Source: Ramazzottius varieornatus (taxonomy: Eukaryota > Animalia > Tardigrada). From it: a DNA stretch of 64,000 bases. A program made the translations under genes and the position numbers. Where the stretch lies: NCBI GenBank assembly GCA_001949185.1, contig BDGG01000001.1, positions 1,670,263 through 1,734,262 of the forward strand, written 5' to 3'. A model generated the notes under the pieces. The model did not search any database. It had not been told where the DNA came from and saw only the letters and a program-made list of their open reading frames with translations. Of this stretch, positions 42,062-55,556 are shown piece by piece (the first letter of the stretch is position 1; every line of letters begins with the position of its first letter).

Positions 42062-43264
42062 TCACAGTAAATTCACGAAGCTTCCCATGGTCCATATCGA
42101 TAAATTCGACGCCGCCGCCGGAAGTGACATTGACAAGTTGATTATGCGCTCACGAACTGGTTCAATCTGCTCAAGAGGGAATCCGCTGTTGACGGCCTGT
42201 TCGAACGTGGCAGGCATGTTCTGTCGAATTAGCCTCACGGCGTCGTCCCTTAGCCGCACGTACTCTTCGCTGTTCGGCCTCGAGTTTGCAATCAGGAAGA
42301 CTTGCAACAGCCCTTCCCTCCACATGTTCTTGGCCAGGTAGTCGCATATCCTTCGCTGTAACCCAAAGCCCACGTCGTACTCTTGCACAAACCGCAGGAG
42401 CTCCACACCGTAACCTGGAACTTCTTTCTCGTTCAGATCTCCCATGTAGATCAAGTCGAGGAAGGCTCGTATAGTCTGGGTATCGTAGTGTCGTAGGTGT
42501 AACGTGTTGAACTCTCCTAGATGATCCACCAGATCGCGTAATCGAGGACTCCATGCGGCGAGGTAAGACTTATGTGCCGTGGCACTCTGATCGTCTCTTC
42601 CGACTATGACCAAATCACGAGGTCCGGACACTTCCGGTATATCGTGTTTGAGGGAAAGTACGCAAGGTCGACAGTCGAAACATTGCTCGTTGATGATGAA
42701 ACTCAGCTTTACTCCAATGAACATCGAACCATCATGGCCTATCGAGTTCTTGAGTGCACTGTCTAAATCACGATGGTGGATCCATTCGACTTGGTTTGAT
42801 CCAGCGTCTTCACCACTAGATGCTGACGTTGTGGATGAGGAAGTACCCGAAGGTGTTAGGCTGTAGCAGCAACCGTCGAGATCGATCTTACCTCTTCGGT
42901 ATTCGTCTTCACCTCGGAAGATCTCGTAGCCGGCTTGGAACTTTGAAGAGATTTGGATGGATCCGACGAAGGTTAGAGTCAGCTTCATGTAGCGTTCGTG
43001 GTAGGGAACTCGTCGGTCTCCCCAGTTGACGTGTAGGCGCCACGTTGTGTCTTGCGGTCCTTGGAAGATTGGACTAGATATGCCCACTCTTCGTTTGATG
43101 AGCAGCAGCGCGGCATCAATTTTCCAGAGGTAAGAGGAAGAAGTGTTAGGCTTGTCACGATGGGTGATGCCTGGCTTGACAAAGTTCTGCTCTCCGGGAA
43201 AAATATCCGCGGCGGAGGGAATGCCTATTAGGGCTGAAAACGAAGGATAGGCCGATAAGTCCAT
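42062..43264 (-). CDS. Intronless MATH-BTB (SPOP/MEL-26-like architecture) Cullin-3 adaptor, divergent
   Basis: MATH-like YLWKI..SSPIF..WRLHV..DGSMFIGVKL followed by BTB-like DLVIVG..AHKSYLAAWSPRLRDL..TIRAFLDLIYMG. Confidence 0.8.
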   Translation of the reverse strand: MDLSAYPSFSALIGIPSAADIFPGEQNFVKPGITHRDKPNTSSSYLWKIDAALLLIKRRVGISSPIFQGPQDTTWRLHVNWGDRRVPYHERYMKLTLTFVGSIQISSKFQAGYEIFRGEDEYRRGKIDLDGCCYSLTPSGTSSSTTSASSGEDAGSNQVEWIHHRDLDSALKNSIGHDGSMFIGVKLSFIINEQCFDCRPCVLSLKHDIPEVSGPRDLVIVGRDDQSATAHKSYLAAWSPRLRDLVDHLGEFNTLHLRHYDTQTIRAFLDLIYMGDLNEKEVPGYGVELLRFVQEYDVGFGLQRRICDYLAKNMWREGLLQVFLIANSRPNSEEYVRLRDDAVRLIRQNMPATFEQAVNSGFPLEQIEPVRERIINLSMSLPAAASNLSIWTMGSFVNLL

Positions 43265-43600
43265 CGCACACCGATATTAAACCCTTTTGATAAATCTGCT
43301 GACGCTGTCTTTACAGTGTTTTCTAGTAGCGCTCTAAAAAATCTTGGAAGTATACGCCAAGCCGTTCAAACAAGATCCACTTCCTTGAATTGCACGTGGC
43401 AACACATCAGTGTCGCATTCACTCCCCGCAGCAATTGCAAGGGGCAATAGGATACGAACATCAAAAAAGTGTCATAAACAGGAAGAAACCATTGCCACAC
43501 ATCAATAGCTAGGACGCAGGTATTTAGCGAAAGGAAAGACGGAAGAGTGGATAAAATTCAAATCGAAGATTGGACTTCATATAATAAGTCCGCATGGTTG

Positions 43601-46600
43601 CTACGATTTGATCGGTCGGTTCCGGCTGATGGTCGGATCCATGTCGTCGAGTACAACAGGGGGATAGGTAGGCTCGATCGTTCTGGGTGGACACCGAGAC
43701 TTTCCACTCTTCTGCGACTCGGTACCCACCAGGTCCTGCCGTCCAGGTACGAAGCCGGTATACCCAATGATGAAACCCAGGTCTGTCGGTTCACAAGGTC
43801 GAGGTGGAGGTTTGGGTACCCAGTGGTCCTTTGTACACTGGATGAAGTCGAAGATACGATCGTAAATGATACCGGTCACGGCACCTGTTCTCTTGACTTC
43901 CTGTATGGAAAAAACGCTGTTGTTGGCTTCTCCGTAGGTGATGACTTTCAGCTTGAGTCGCCGAACTAGCGGAATGAACCAGCTATGCTGGAAGAGGCAG
44001 GCGGAAGGACAGACGATGCCTTCGAGTTCGTAGGCGGCAGCGCTGTACAGGGCGCGTTTCAGGTAGTTGATGCGGAGGTCGTCGTATTCGAGACCTTTCA
44101 GGGCATCGTTGCTGGTCAGAAGGAATACTGGATACTGTATTTGCTTCAGTCGAGCCCTGTAAAACAACGATCTGGTCTGCATGGACCGAACTGTTAAAAC
44201 CTGATCCTTTACTGTAATAATGCATGCCAGCACGGAACTAACAGACCGTAGAAAAAAGGCAAGTTGTTTATGCAGGTTTATGTATTGATATTACAGTAGA
44301 TGCGGAAGCATGACTTGTTACTTTTCGAAACATTGATTTCGAAATTGTTTTGCAAATTTCGTCGTTGTCATTAAAGTTCTCCTGAATGAGTTTTGTTGCA
44401 CAGTGCACCAAAAAATTGACCGTCGATAGTGGGTATTAGAAGGAGCCAGATGGAAATGGCCAATGAAATTTGCGCATACGGCGACTCGTACGAGAATGAG
44501 TCGAGGAGTTTGCGCTAGTTTCTCGCTAGACCATTGTATGGTGANNNNNNNNNNNNNNNNNNNNNNNNNNNNNNNNNNNNNNNNNNNNNNNNNNNNNNNN
44601 NNNNNNNNNNNNNNNNNNNNNNNNNNNNNNNNNNNNNNNNNNNNNNNNNNNNNNNNNNNNNNNNNNNNNNNNNNNNNNNNNCACCATACCATTGCCTGGA
44701 CGACACTCCAGGTTAAATAAAGATTCGGGCCATGAATACGTCACCAGCAGTCTGGTGACGCCTCCAGAGGTGTGGTTTGGACTTCGAGAATATTTCGAAG
44801 TCAAAAGTTCGTTTCATTTCCAGAGGAGAAAATCGCCTATCCAAGTTGGTAAGTGCGTTCTGGCTCAATGGTATATCAGATGTCTTCAAATTAGGTGTTG
44901 AACTCTTACCTTGCAGCTCGTGGTCGGATCCGTGGTCACACCTGCCTCGTTGCTACCTTTTTGCGTTTTAAAGGGTCAAAACCCACTGATCGAGGAAACC
45001 TGGCGGCTAGGACTGCGCTCGACCAGCCAACCCGCGTGGGTTTTTGATCTTCGAGCTGCCAGGCTTGAGACCAGGATAAGGATTCTTGTCGCTCGAAAAG
45101 TCGTGTATTTTAGCAAGCTGCTAGGCTGGCCGCCAGGACTATTTTCGTAAGAGCGAACTAAAACCGTTATTGGTCACAGGATAATTAAGCTCCCGTTTAA
45201 TTGTCACGCCCATTATCGACGGTTAATTTTTCGGTACACTGTACACCAGCAGTTCTCATTCTACAGCAGCAGATTCAAGCCTGCGCGATGACAACCAGAG
45301 GAAAAATTTGAGTCCAAATTCAAACGAGGAAGTATTTTCCACCGTTTTCCCGTTTCTTTCTCTCAAAAGCGGACTGGGCAACAGGGCAGTGAGTCTTATT
45401 GCGGCTTCTGGAATTTCAAAAAGAGGAAAACAGGTTTTTTCGCTTGTAGAAGCGACCGTCAAAATGCTCCACTTTGGTGAGCTGGCGAGAACCAAATTTC
45501 CTCCGTCTCACAGACTTCCTGAAAATTTATAATTAGTTGCCCCGTAGATAACTAATCTATCTTTGGCCGAGGTTGCTTTGGAATCGAAGCCTTCCAGCTC
45601 TCACAACGCAAAATTAGGTTTATGAGGCTTTGCCAACATCCCCACCCGGAAAACTTTGGCAGCGCACGTTGTGGTACAGAACTCAAAATCGGTCTCGAGA
45701 CAGCATGGACTGGAGCATTCAACGGGACTGTCAGCATGTTTGAAACAAATCTTGTGCGGTCAAGAAAAAGTTTTCTGCAAAAGTGTTTTTCAAAATTGAC
45801 AACTTCGTTTGGATGAACTTCAGAAGTCGTCAAGTTTCGATAACTCCAAACTCGGGAAGCGGATCCAAAAGTCTGACGATAGTGCATTATGTTGCAAAAG
45901 GTTTGGGAGGAAAAACTTCACTGCAATGGTGAAGGACTATTTTTTAAAGTTGGTGTTGGAAAAATAGTAACAAGTCATACTTCCGCACCTAATCCCAGGT
46001 AAATTCGAAATCTATTGCAGAAACAGTGACACCGTAAAGTAAAGACTGGAGAAAACTCTGGTGATAGAATCATTTGGGCTGCCGAACTTCTTTCTCTTAC
46101 ATTATACAAATGTCCATGTCAAAAGACGATATAATACATGGTCGATGTCCACTGCAGTGCGTCAAGACGTGTAATATCCCATCGACAAACTGGTTCTTAT
46201 TCCAAAAGGGTAGCCTTAGCTCCTTGTAAGCTTCTCTAAACGACGAGGCAGCCGCCGGGTTCAGTTCGCACTTTCCATCCACCAAATCCATCGGGTACTT
46301 GATCTCCACATTGAAGCCCACATCCGGATGTACTGCCGATAGCGTATACTCCAGCGTAGGGAACGGCACATCGTGTCTCGTTTTAAGATACGTGTGCTGT
46401 CCATCCTTTTCCGATACATGGCACACAAGGTTACTTCTTAAAATTTCTACAGGCAGGTCTTTCACAGCCATCTCCGTCAGATTTCCTTCCTTGTTCCGCA
46501 TCAGTACTGTATGGTCGTGGTAGATGATTGGTATCATGTCCACGTCGAGCATGACGTCGAACTCGACAAAGTCCGCGCCAGCTTCGGCGGCTTTGTTGAA

Positions 46601-48097
46601 GGACTCGATGGAGTTTTCACGGACAACGTCGGTGATGGGGTTTGACCCACAACCGCGATGTCCCATGTGTAACACAGGTCCGTCGGGTTTGAAGTGATAC
46701 TGCCATGGTCTGAACAAGGTCGACTTGGCGGCTTTCTGACTTCTCGGTAAAGCTTTGGCGATAGTGTACCTAAACACAAAAATTTTCGCTGCCCGAAATC
46801 CGGATGGTAGCATAATTAATTAGAAGCAGTTGTTCTCTGAGGCGACGAAGTCAGCCTGGTTTGTAGGGAAGTTTTGCGACAGAAAATACGCGCTCTTTTT
46901 CTGTCATGTGTTCACTTCAGGGGTGTGGTATGTACAGTACCTTAGCGTTAAAGTTCCGCAGTCGGTGATTCGGAGAACTTGGTGTTTCGCAGGCACTCTA
47001 ACAGGTACGGTGACTTTTCCATGGGAGCCTTTCAGCAACGCTCCACCGATCAAAGCGTAGGCGAAATACAAGGGTGGAATATCGTTCTCCGAATCCTTGC
47101 CAACTTCATAAAAATCCACTCTTACGTGGCATATCTCCAGCACATGCATATCACAGCGAAATATCATTGGTTGGGAGTCGACCAACGGTCCATGCTTGCT
47201 TTGTCGGATAAACTCGTGAGAATGTCCTTCGCGGAAATACCTCGACACTTTGTACTCGGGGCGAGCGCGCAGGTTGTAGCGAACAGGCTCGGCATGTTCA
47301 AAGCGGACACGGAATTGCCGCTGGTGGTAGTTTTGGGCTTGCCATTCGACTCCTGCGGGATCGAAGACGAAGGAGACGGAGGAGTGGTCGGTTAGGTAGC
47401 CAGGAACTTGAGAGATCTCCTCGTCGTCGATCACACCAAACAGGTCGGCCTTGTCGATCTCGGGGTCGCCGGTGGGCGGTGTGTAGGTGCGAGGACTGTG
47501 GTGAGCTTCCAATCTGCGTATGGTCAGGGCGTGACCATCAACAGTCGGGTGTCGTTGTCCGATAAAGTAATGGAATAGCAATTCGTTCGAGTTTTTCGTG
47601 GAGATTTTGGTTTCTCCATTCCAACTAAACCTGCGAAGCACAAACATTTTGCACGATATGTCAAAGGAGCCCAACTACACATCGGCGATGTAACATCCCT
47701 GAACCGATTACAGTATAGCCTATTGCAAAGCCAAATATCAGCTACTATTTCTCGGTTTGCAAACGTGGGTCTACTTGATAGCGAAGGATCAAATCGAATG
47801 AGTATCGCTGCAGGTATTCAAAAATGAAGTATTCCAATTTTTAAAGTCCTTCGGTCGGTTCTGCCAACTGGACAGGACGAAGCTACTGTACTGTGCAAAC
47901 CCGGTGAGAGGATCGCGGTATGGTATCACAACTTCCGCGTTAGGTATAATATTCAATGGCAAGGCATGATCCGGATCCCAGTTTCCCAACTCCGGACAAT
48001 TACCCGTCACAAAGACCATCAGATCCTCTTTGGTCGGCGCATTCACCCAAAAGCTCGCCACAAACGGTCGCACTTGCACCGGCGGCTTCTGCGCCAT
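43601..48097 (-). CDS. GPCPD1: Glycerophosphocholine phosphodiesterase GPCPD1/GDE5 (CBM20 + GDPD); exons ~48097-47900, 47630-46940, 46768-46099, 44157-43601
   Basis: CBM20 motif VFVTGNCPELGNWDP. GDPD motifs GHRGCG, RENSIESF, ADFVEFDV, FNVEIKYP, SSFDMDIC, LKQIQYPVFLLT and GIIYDRIFD. Confidence 0.9.
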
Positions 48098-48380
48098 CGC
48101 GCACAAAATCCACCAATCTTCCTACAAGATCAACTTTTTTGTATTCCCAGAAACACTCCTACTAGAAAACCAGAATCTTTCCCCATCAAACTCAACTCAG
48201 AAAGCATCCTTCCCCAATCCACTTTCAGCCATGGTAACACCCGAGACCTCAAGAAAAATCCCAGCAAACTCTCGTACACAAATCAGTAAAACAAATAACT
48301 CGCCCTTGTAAGAATTATCCAAAAACTATTTAGACTAAATTTCGTCAGAGCAGAGAACGCAAGAAAGAAAACGGAGGAAT

Positions 48381-51300
48381 CTACCGGTAATCTCGATATT
48401 CTTGCTTGAGTATCCACACACCCGGTCCTCGCCGCTTCTTCTCGAAATCACACACACCCTTCAGGATCGCTCTAAACAGGTTGGCTTCCTGCGCCGGCAG
48501 CTCCTTCTGAAACTTATTCACCAGCACTTCTGTCGTGGCTTGACCCGGTATCGTCGTGTCATGGTTCAAGAACGCCACCAGTCGCTCAGCAATTGCCAGT
48601 TGTTCTGTTGAAGCAAACGACTCGCTCTCATCCGCCTCATTCAGCCCACTCTCTAACTGCGCAAAGTTGACATACGGTCTCTGCTGATCAGCCCTTCCGC
48701 CACCTTCTTCGTCGCTATCGGCGAACGAAGGTGCAGAGTGGTTACTGTTGCTCTCGACACCGTCGTTCATGACGGCCACGTTGTGCCGAATGCGTGTCAG
48801 TAAGGAAGCTGCGCTCATGGGGACCTCATCGTTGCTGTCATCGTCTTCGTTGAAGGAAGTCTTTTCTTCCTTCTCGGCAGGTTCAGCGGAAGGCTTGACC
48901 GGAACGACTTTGATATCGCCTGAGTAGTTGGGAACACCGCTGGTGGCGGGATGGCATCGCTTCCGAGAAAGGCGGAGCATTCGCATGGCTTCTTGGGCGA
49001 CCTTCTGAGCTTCTTCCTCCACGATTGCGTGGTCCTAGAAATTACCCAAAGGGTTCAAAACAGATCAAGTTCCTAATAAATCATCTTTGGATTAACATAC
49101 ACAAATATTCGAAATGAAATTTCAGAACTGAACAACAGTAGTGGACGTCAGCAGATGAGTTTACGCAGATCATTTCCCGAGTGGCGCACGCCATTGGCCA
49201 ACGCCAGTGGAAACGTGCGCCACTTGAATCATCGATCTGAGCGAGATCATATCGGAAATCATATTTGAAGATTTACCCGCTGGGTTCCGTTCGCCACCTC
49301 TTCGTAGGGCACAGCAGAGTGTGCGGTGGTCTTCTTGAACAGCGTCTGCAAAACATAGTCTTCGTTCTTCTTGCGTTCTTCCTCGGTTTCGTCGGCCGGA
49401 TTCTGGTAGGCTTCGGTCTTGGCCAAGCCAGTAATGACTGCGCCATCCACCATGTTTTTCCTTCGCTTCGTTTTCTTCCGGTCCTTCGAGGCTTCGGTCA
49501 ACTGCGGGATTTCCGTGTTGAGGTTTCCCGCTTGCGATGTCGAAGCTTGTCCAATCTTTGAGCTGATGGCTTTGGCTAGCTGCTTCAACCGATCGCGAGC
49601 GGGGTCAGCTAGATAAGGGAGAGCTTCATGTTAGACATGACTTCCGGTTCCGGCTCTAATACTATATCACATATCACATGACATCACCAAACAGTAGTGT
49701 GACATGGCAACATACACACCATTACGGTTTCCAGACATCACATCCCAGTCTGACATGCTGACCACTTTGTCACATTACATGACAGCCTCACCTGCAGCGG
49801 AAGCGGACGACGTTGCTGGCGGAGGTAAGTCCACAGCTGCTGCAGTTTCCGTTATCTCGTCTTTGCCCGGTGTGCTGAGCGTAAAGAGCTCGTACAGGTC
49901 GTTGTGTTTGAAAAACCTCTTCTGTTTGGGATCTTTCAGGACGCGGTTGGTCAAGTACTGCTTGAAGATTTGTCGATGGTAGATCTTCTCTTCAATGGTC
50001 CCCGCACACAGCAGCCTGTAGATCGTCACGTTCTTCTTCTGGCCGATACGCCAGGCCCGTTCTCTAGCCTGTGTGTCTGTTGACGGATTCCAGTCGGGAT
50101 CTAACCAAACGAACACACAACTTAAATCAGGGAACAAGCTGATGAGGAAAGTCAATTCTTACCGAAAATAATCACACGACTGGCTCCAGTCAGATTGACG
50201 CCTAGGCCACCGACGCGAGTTGTGAGAAGGAAGCAGAAGATGTCGGGGTCTTGGTTAAAGTCTCTGATGAGGCTCTGACGTCTGGCGATGGGCGTTTCAC
50301 CGTCCATTCGAAGGAAGGTGTAGTCGTTGCTGTCTAGGAAGTCAGCCATGATATCGAGCATCTACACAGAACAATATAAATACAGTGTTATTCTAAAGGA
50401 GAAGAACCAAGAAGGGGCTATACCTTTCGGCTTTGAGAGAATATCAGAGTCTTGTGGCTCTGCTTTTTCCACATCTTCAGCAAGGCTTCCACGACGACCA
50501 TCTTTCCAGATCGTCGCCAATACCCAAACTTTGCTGCTTCCTCGTCGTCAATCAGCGGCTTCTTTGTCTTGACGTCGAGGAAGACCTTTGGTCCGCCGTC
50601 AAACAAGTCGGGATGGTTGCACAACTTCCTCAGCTGCATCAAGCCAACGAAAATCTACCAAGACAACTACAGTAATCATAAAACTTATTCTCCACAAACT
50701 CACAAGATGTATTGGTTCGCACCTGAACGTCGCCGTGGATGACATTCCGCAGTTCGTCCGACTGGAGGTACTCTTGATACAGTTGTCTTTGATGGTCGGT
50801 CAGCTGGCAAAAGAGAACTTGTTCGTTCTTCTCCGGAAGTTGTATAGCTACTTTGACGTCGGCTTTGGATCGACGAAGAAGGTAGGGCGTGATGGTGTTC
50901 TTCAAGGCTGTGGCACACTTGTACGCCGTATGAACCTACAGCGAAACTGGTGGTAACCAATGTCGTTTTACCCCACACAAAATTCCCAGTGAATGTAGAT
51001 TCACTTACTTGAACGTCGGAAGCAGTCTCACGAGATCCTTGAATGATAGGAACACTGAATTGTTCCAGAAAGACGTTGAGAAGGCCCAGCTTGCCAGGAA
51101 AGATAAAGTCCATCAGGGACCACAGCTCGCGCAGGTTGTTCTGCATCGGTGACCCAGAACAGATGATGCGATGTGGTGTTCGAAACTACGCCAAGCAAAG
51201 ACGCAAACATTGTTCCTATATTCTTGGACGACAGCTCGGCAAACAAACTCGATAAGAGCGTTTTCCCAAGTGGCGCACCGTTTGCAGCGGTACTGGCCCA

Positions 51301-53169
51301 ACAGTGCGCCACTTGGAAAACCCATCTTCTCGAGTTTGTTGGGAGGTTTCCCATACGTCCTGTTCGGACAAAGGACTAACTTGTTTGCAGGCAACTGTAA
51401 TCTGACTATCAGGATTGCGTATCTTGTGACCTTCATCCAGAACGACGTAGTGCCAGTCTTGCTTCAGCAATAGCACTTGGTATGAGAGGACTCCCTGATA
51501 AGTGGTCACTATCACTCCACTGCATTTCACCATGCTCTTCACCAGAGACATCTGCAAAACGACCAGCGAAGTTGATAGAGACAATCATAAAAGACGTCAA
51601 TATCAGACCTCTTGGAAAGACATACCTTTGAACCAGAATGAGAGCCGGAAGCATGAAGAATGGCGACCCTCGCTGGCGGCCACCATTTGTGGAACTCGTT
51701 CACCCACTGATGAAGTACCGTAGCTGGACAGATGATCAGCACTGGTCCGAGGCCCTTCATACTACACAAGAATAAGTCTCTTTCAAACTGATATTCGCAC
51801 CAAAGATTTGAGGGTTTTGTGGCGTACTTTACACTTCGATCGTAGAGTCTGGAGTACTGCAGAGCAGCTAGCAGAGCGATGATCTGGACAGTCTTACCCA
51901 AACCCATCTCATCACCGAGAATACCACCGACTTCCTGATTGTGCAACTCCCACAGCCACTTTACACCGGTTCGCTGGTAGGCATACAAGCCCGTCCATAT
52001 CTCTCGCGGCATTTTCAACCCGCCTGAAAGCGTCAAGAATTCCTCCTCCTCCTCCACGTCGCCGCCATCCGCAGTATCTCTGGCGGCCTTCTCTTGATCC
52101 TTCTGCAGTCTCCCATTCTGATACTCCCTGTAACAGAAATCCCACAGGCTATGATATCACGGCAAACGATAGCTGCAATTCTTGAAACGCGTTTATATTT
52201 CATTCTGTTTTCTTACCGTATTCGTTCGAGATAGACTGAAGAATCAGCGTCGTCTTTGATCCGACTATTCTTGCGCGCCGCTCGTTTCCCTTCTGCCGCT
52301 TCGTCCGTCTCATCGTCCAAAACTTCTGTAAATACATAACGACATTGTCAGAATTCATAATAACATAATTATTAGACTTCAAGTCTGACGTTCAATTTCA
52401 CTTACCGCCATCAGAGACGTCTTCCGAGATTTCGTTCGATCTGCTCGACGAGGCGTCATCATCATGCGACTTCTTCCTTCTTTTCCGATCCCGTGCTTGA
52501 CCGGGTAGAAGCCCTCGGGAAGATTTGGTTGGAGCAGACCAGTCTCTGCTTTCTCCGTTGCGTTTTCCTGTTCGGGCTGTTGGCAAAAAGTTCCTATTCG
52601 ACAGCGCATCTTCTTTCTTCTTCTTGATGCGTCGTTCCTGGTCGGCGAGATACCTTTCGAACGCCGTCAGGTGTGGTGCGTTGCTTGTGGAAGGCGCAGA
52701 TGAAGATTCGGAAGGCTTATCAGCCGGAGCTTCTTTACGAGGTACAACCGGAAACCGCGACTTTGACTGAAGTGATCTAACATGGCAGAAAGAACAGTCA
52801 CAGTCAATCAAGAATCAAACAACGGGAGAAAAGTGAGAACAAGAGCTTAATCAATCAACAATCAAACGAGGTGCATATGTTATACCGTTTATGCTGTGCG
52901 ACGCGATTGCTTTCTTCCATGCGCTGTTCCGCCTGTGCGACCACACCGGCTTCCAGATCTTCTTGGTTGAATACCTGAAGACCCAGGTCATCCAGAACAC
53001 CGGCATCTTTGGATGCAGCTTGAGGAATAACCGAGACATCGACGCGGAATGGAGCAAGGACAGGAATGTTTGCGGATTCCGTTGTGGATGCATCTTCGGT
53101 ACACCGAGTTATTTCCTCATCGTTCACAGCTTTCTTCGCAAACAGTGGAGCTTCATCTGTCATCTCCAT
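48381..53169 (-). CDS. ERCC6: DNA excision repair protein ERCC-6/CSB (SNF2 ATPase), multi-exon
   Basis: Motifs [75 protein letters not shown] and [21 protein letters not shown], plus the C-terminal winged-helix end W.LK.EY. Confidence 0.95.
49181..49223. repeat. Same palindrome (ERCC6 intron; 25-nt spacer)
   Basis: Both cores are perfect. Confidence 0.85.
51270..51312. repeat. Same palindrome (ERCC6 intron; 25-nt spacer)
   Basis: Perfect cores with outer arms AAACAAACTCGATAAGAGCGTTTTCCCAA / TTGGAAAACCCATCTTCTCGAGTTTGTT. Confidence 0.9.
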
Positions 53170-53465
53170 GGCCGCACAGCACCGATACGGAAAATTACTG
53201 GCAAGATATCGATATAATAGCGTGAAGAGCACAAAGACACACCTTATGATTGAAGAGAAGCGCAAAAATTCCCATTCGGTAAAACCATAACACTGAAAAC
53301 CGTGCGCTATTCGGCCTATTCGGGTGCCCCTCAAACCCCCCATGCTCTGCAACAAGCTTGGTTGATTGGTGATCAGCCCGCTGCCCAGCAAATGTCAAAC
53401 CTTATCGTCAATCAATCGAAGGTGGTGAAGTAAAGGGAGGTTTGAGGGGTATTAGCGAATTCGCT

Positions 53466-54275
53466 TAGAGCTGTTAAAAACCAGACCAGACCACTTAGAA
53501 AGTGGTTTATATGGTTTACGTGGTTCGTGGTTTGACATCCAAAGCGAACCACCTCAAACCATATGGCATCTCAAACCAAACCACTCAAACCGGTTTCGAT
53601 CTCACGCCAAACCATATGAACCACTGGTTTATGTGGTTCACTATGGTTTGCGGTAAAGGGAAATTTCACACGAAATCTGCAGATTCTGTGCTAGAAGTCG
53701 GACCAAAACTGGCCGTCTGACAGTGCCAATCTTTTTCCCCCCACTGCCACCATGCGCAGGCGCATCGTTCTGAGTGCCACCTGACGCGCAGCTTTAACTG
53801 GGTGAGCACTGTGTCATAAGCTGCGCGACATCAGAACTACGCCTTCCGTCAGGTAAAAATCGCAGTTCCGGCAGTGTTGGACAACAGTGCTGGTGGAAAA
53901 ATGATTGCACTACCGGATGGCTGGCCATGGTGCTTTTTCAATTCCAGCACGCGCCAGTTTTGCCTGTTTGCGTCTGTTTGTAGAGAAACCAGCAACGGTC
54001 GCTCAACTTCTCATGTCCTCGGTGGTTGTTTTCGCTGATTAGTCAATTGAAGAAACTTGTGCCAGAATTTACTATGTAGTGGGGACCAAAAAGCTGTTCG
54101 CAAACCGGTTCAAACCGGTGGTTTATGTGGTTTCGTTTAAATGGTCTGGTTTGGAGTTTAGACCAGCCCACTTTTGGTGGTTTGCGGGAGAAACCATTTT
54201 CATTTAACCGGTTTGGCATGCAAACCACCACTTGAACCAAACTAAACCATATGGTTCAACCCATTAACAGCTCTA
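53466..54275. mobile_element. Non-autonomous hAT-like element (810 bp)
   Basis: 12-bp perfect TIR TAGAGCTGTTAA/TTAACAGCTCTA. 8-bp TSD AATTCGCT (53458-53465) / AATTCGCC (54276-54283). Many subterminal AAACCA/TGGTTT motifs at both ends. Confidence 0.85.
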
Positions 54276-54719
54276 AATTCGCCTGACTGTGTGACTGTCG
54301 AGATGGAAATGCCGCGCGCACTCTTCGAGACCCGGACCTCGAGACACGCCGCAAAGCGGAAACGGGCCTCTTCTTTTATATTCGTCCTTTAATCCACGAA
54401 CTATGGTACCAATACTCCATTTTCACACTTTCTTTGTGCAGGAGAGAACGACACTAACCCTGGTCGGAGACGGAACAGTCTGCACTCTGCAGCGAACCGT
54501 TCTTCTTCATCGTTCACGAGAACTTGCGCGGAACAGTGTTCAGATCTGGAAAGAGGTCCTTGAAATAATTCATTGTGGTCTCCAACGATAGCGGAGCGAA
54601 ATACGGAACACATATCATGAAAATTCTGTAGACTGTAGTAAAATCATAAAGATCACGAAATACTGGAAGAATGAACATCGGCAATAAGAGGAATAAAAAG
54701 GAAGTAGGAGTTCTACCGT

Positions 54720-55556
54720 CTACGTAGCAGAAGCTATCATTGTCAGAGGCTCTTCTAGATAAGTCGCTAGTGCTCTCATCTTCGCCATCAGCATTCCTAG
54801 ACCGATGTCTCCTTTCGTGTACATGCAGAGGAGAAGGTTAGCTACTCGTCCCAGCGCTACTTTTCCTTCCTGTAATGGAGACAAGTTAACACGATTTCAC
54901 TGAGGAATTGAGGAAGACTGATTCCTACCATGCAGTCCAGAATTATGTACTGCAGTTTATCATCATGGAAAGCAGTCTTGGCGCTCTTGTCATACAGGGA
55001 CCATATATTACTGGCAATGGCACCTGTCACACGCGCATCTTTGTCTCCATATCCCGAATAGGCCAGCAAGACTCCTTCCTTATTCAGCAATCTGCAATAG
55101 CGAATAACAGCGAAACTTGACTTCCATGTCGTGATTGAAACATGGTCAGGACTTGCCAGTCTCCCACGGAGAAAGTCAGACATATCACATCCAGCCTCTG
55201 CTTCATTACATCCAATGGACTAATTTAGAGTGTGGATGTCTCATATGTCTGCTGGATTAGCGTTAATAGAGGACCAGATGGTGATGGCCGTAATCCATCA
55301 AGCATTCACTGCACACTGTGCCCTCATTCCGCCATCCCTTCCACTGCTTGAGCCCATCAGACAAAATCGATTATCCCCATCCCTCCGTGCGTCCTCCTTT
55401 CTTCCAAAAAAGGATGTGGTGTGACTAGACTAGGAGCTTACACAAAAAGAGCTGTTCGGTAGAAAAGGGGAAAAAAACAGGGACTTACAGCGTGCTTTGG
55501 ACACCTCCCGTGTTGGCTTGACTCAGGACTTGTGATAGTACTTTCGGCCGTAACAT
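54720..55556 (-). CDS. LAMTOR2: Ragulator complex subunit LAMTOR2 (3 exons)
   Basis: MLRPKVLSQVLSQANTGGVQSTL|LLNKEGVLLAYSGYGDKDARVTGAIASNIW...|EGKVALGRVANLLLCMY...YLEEPL. Confidence 0.97.

Noticed and set aside
44318-44804. ORFs spanning the second N gap
   Set aside because: Artefacts of translating Ns inside a GPCPD1 intron.
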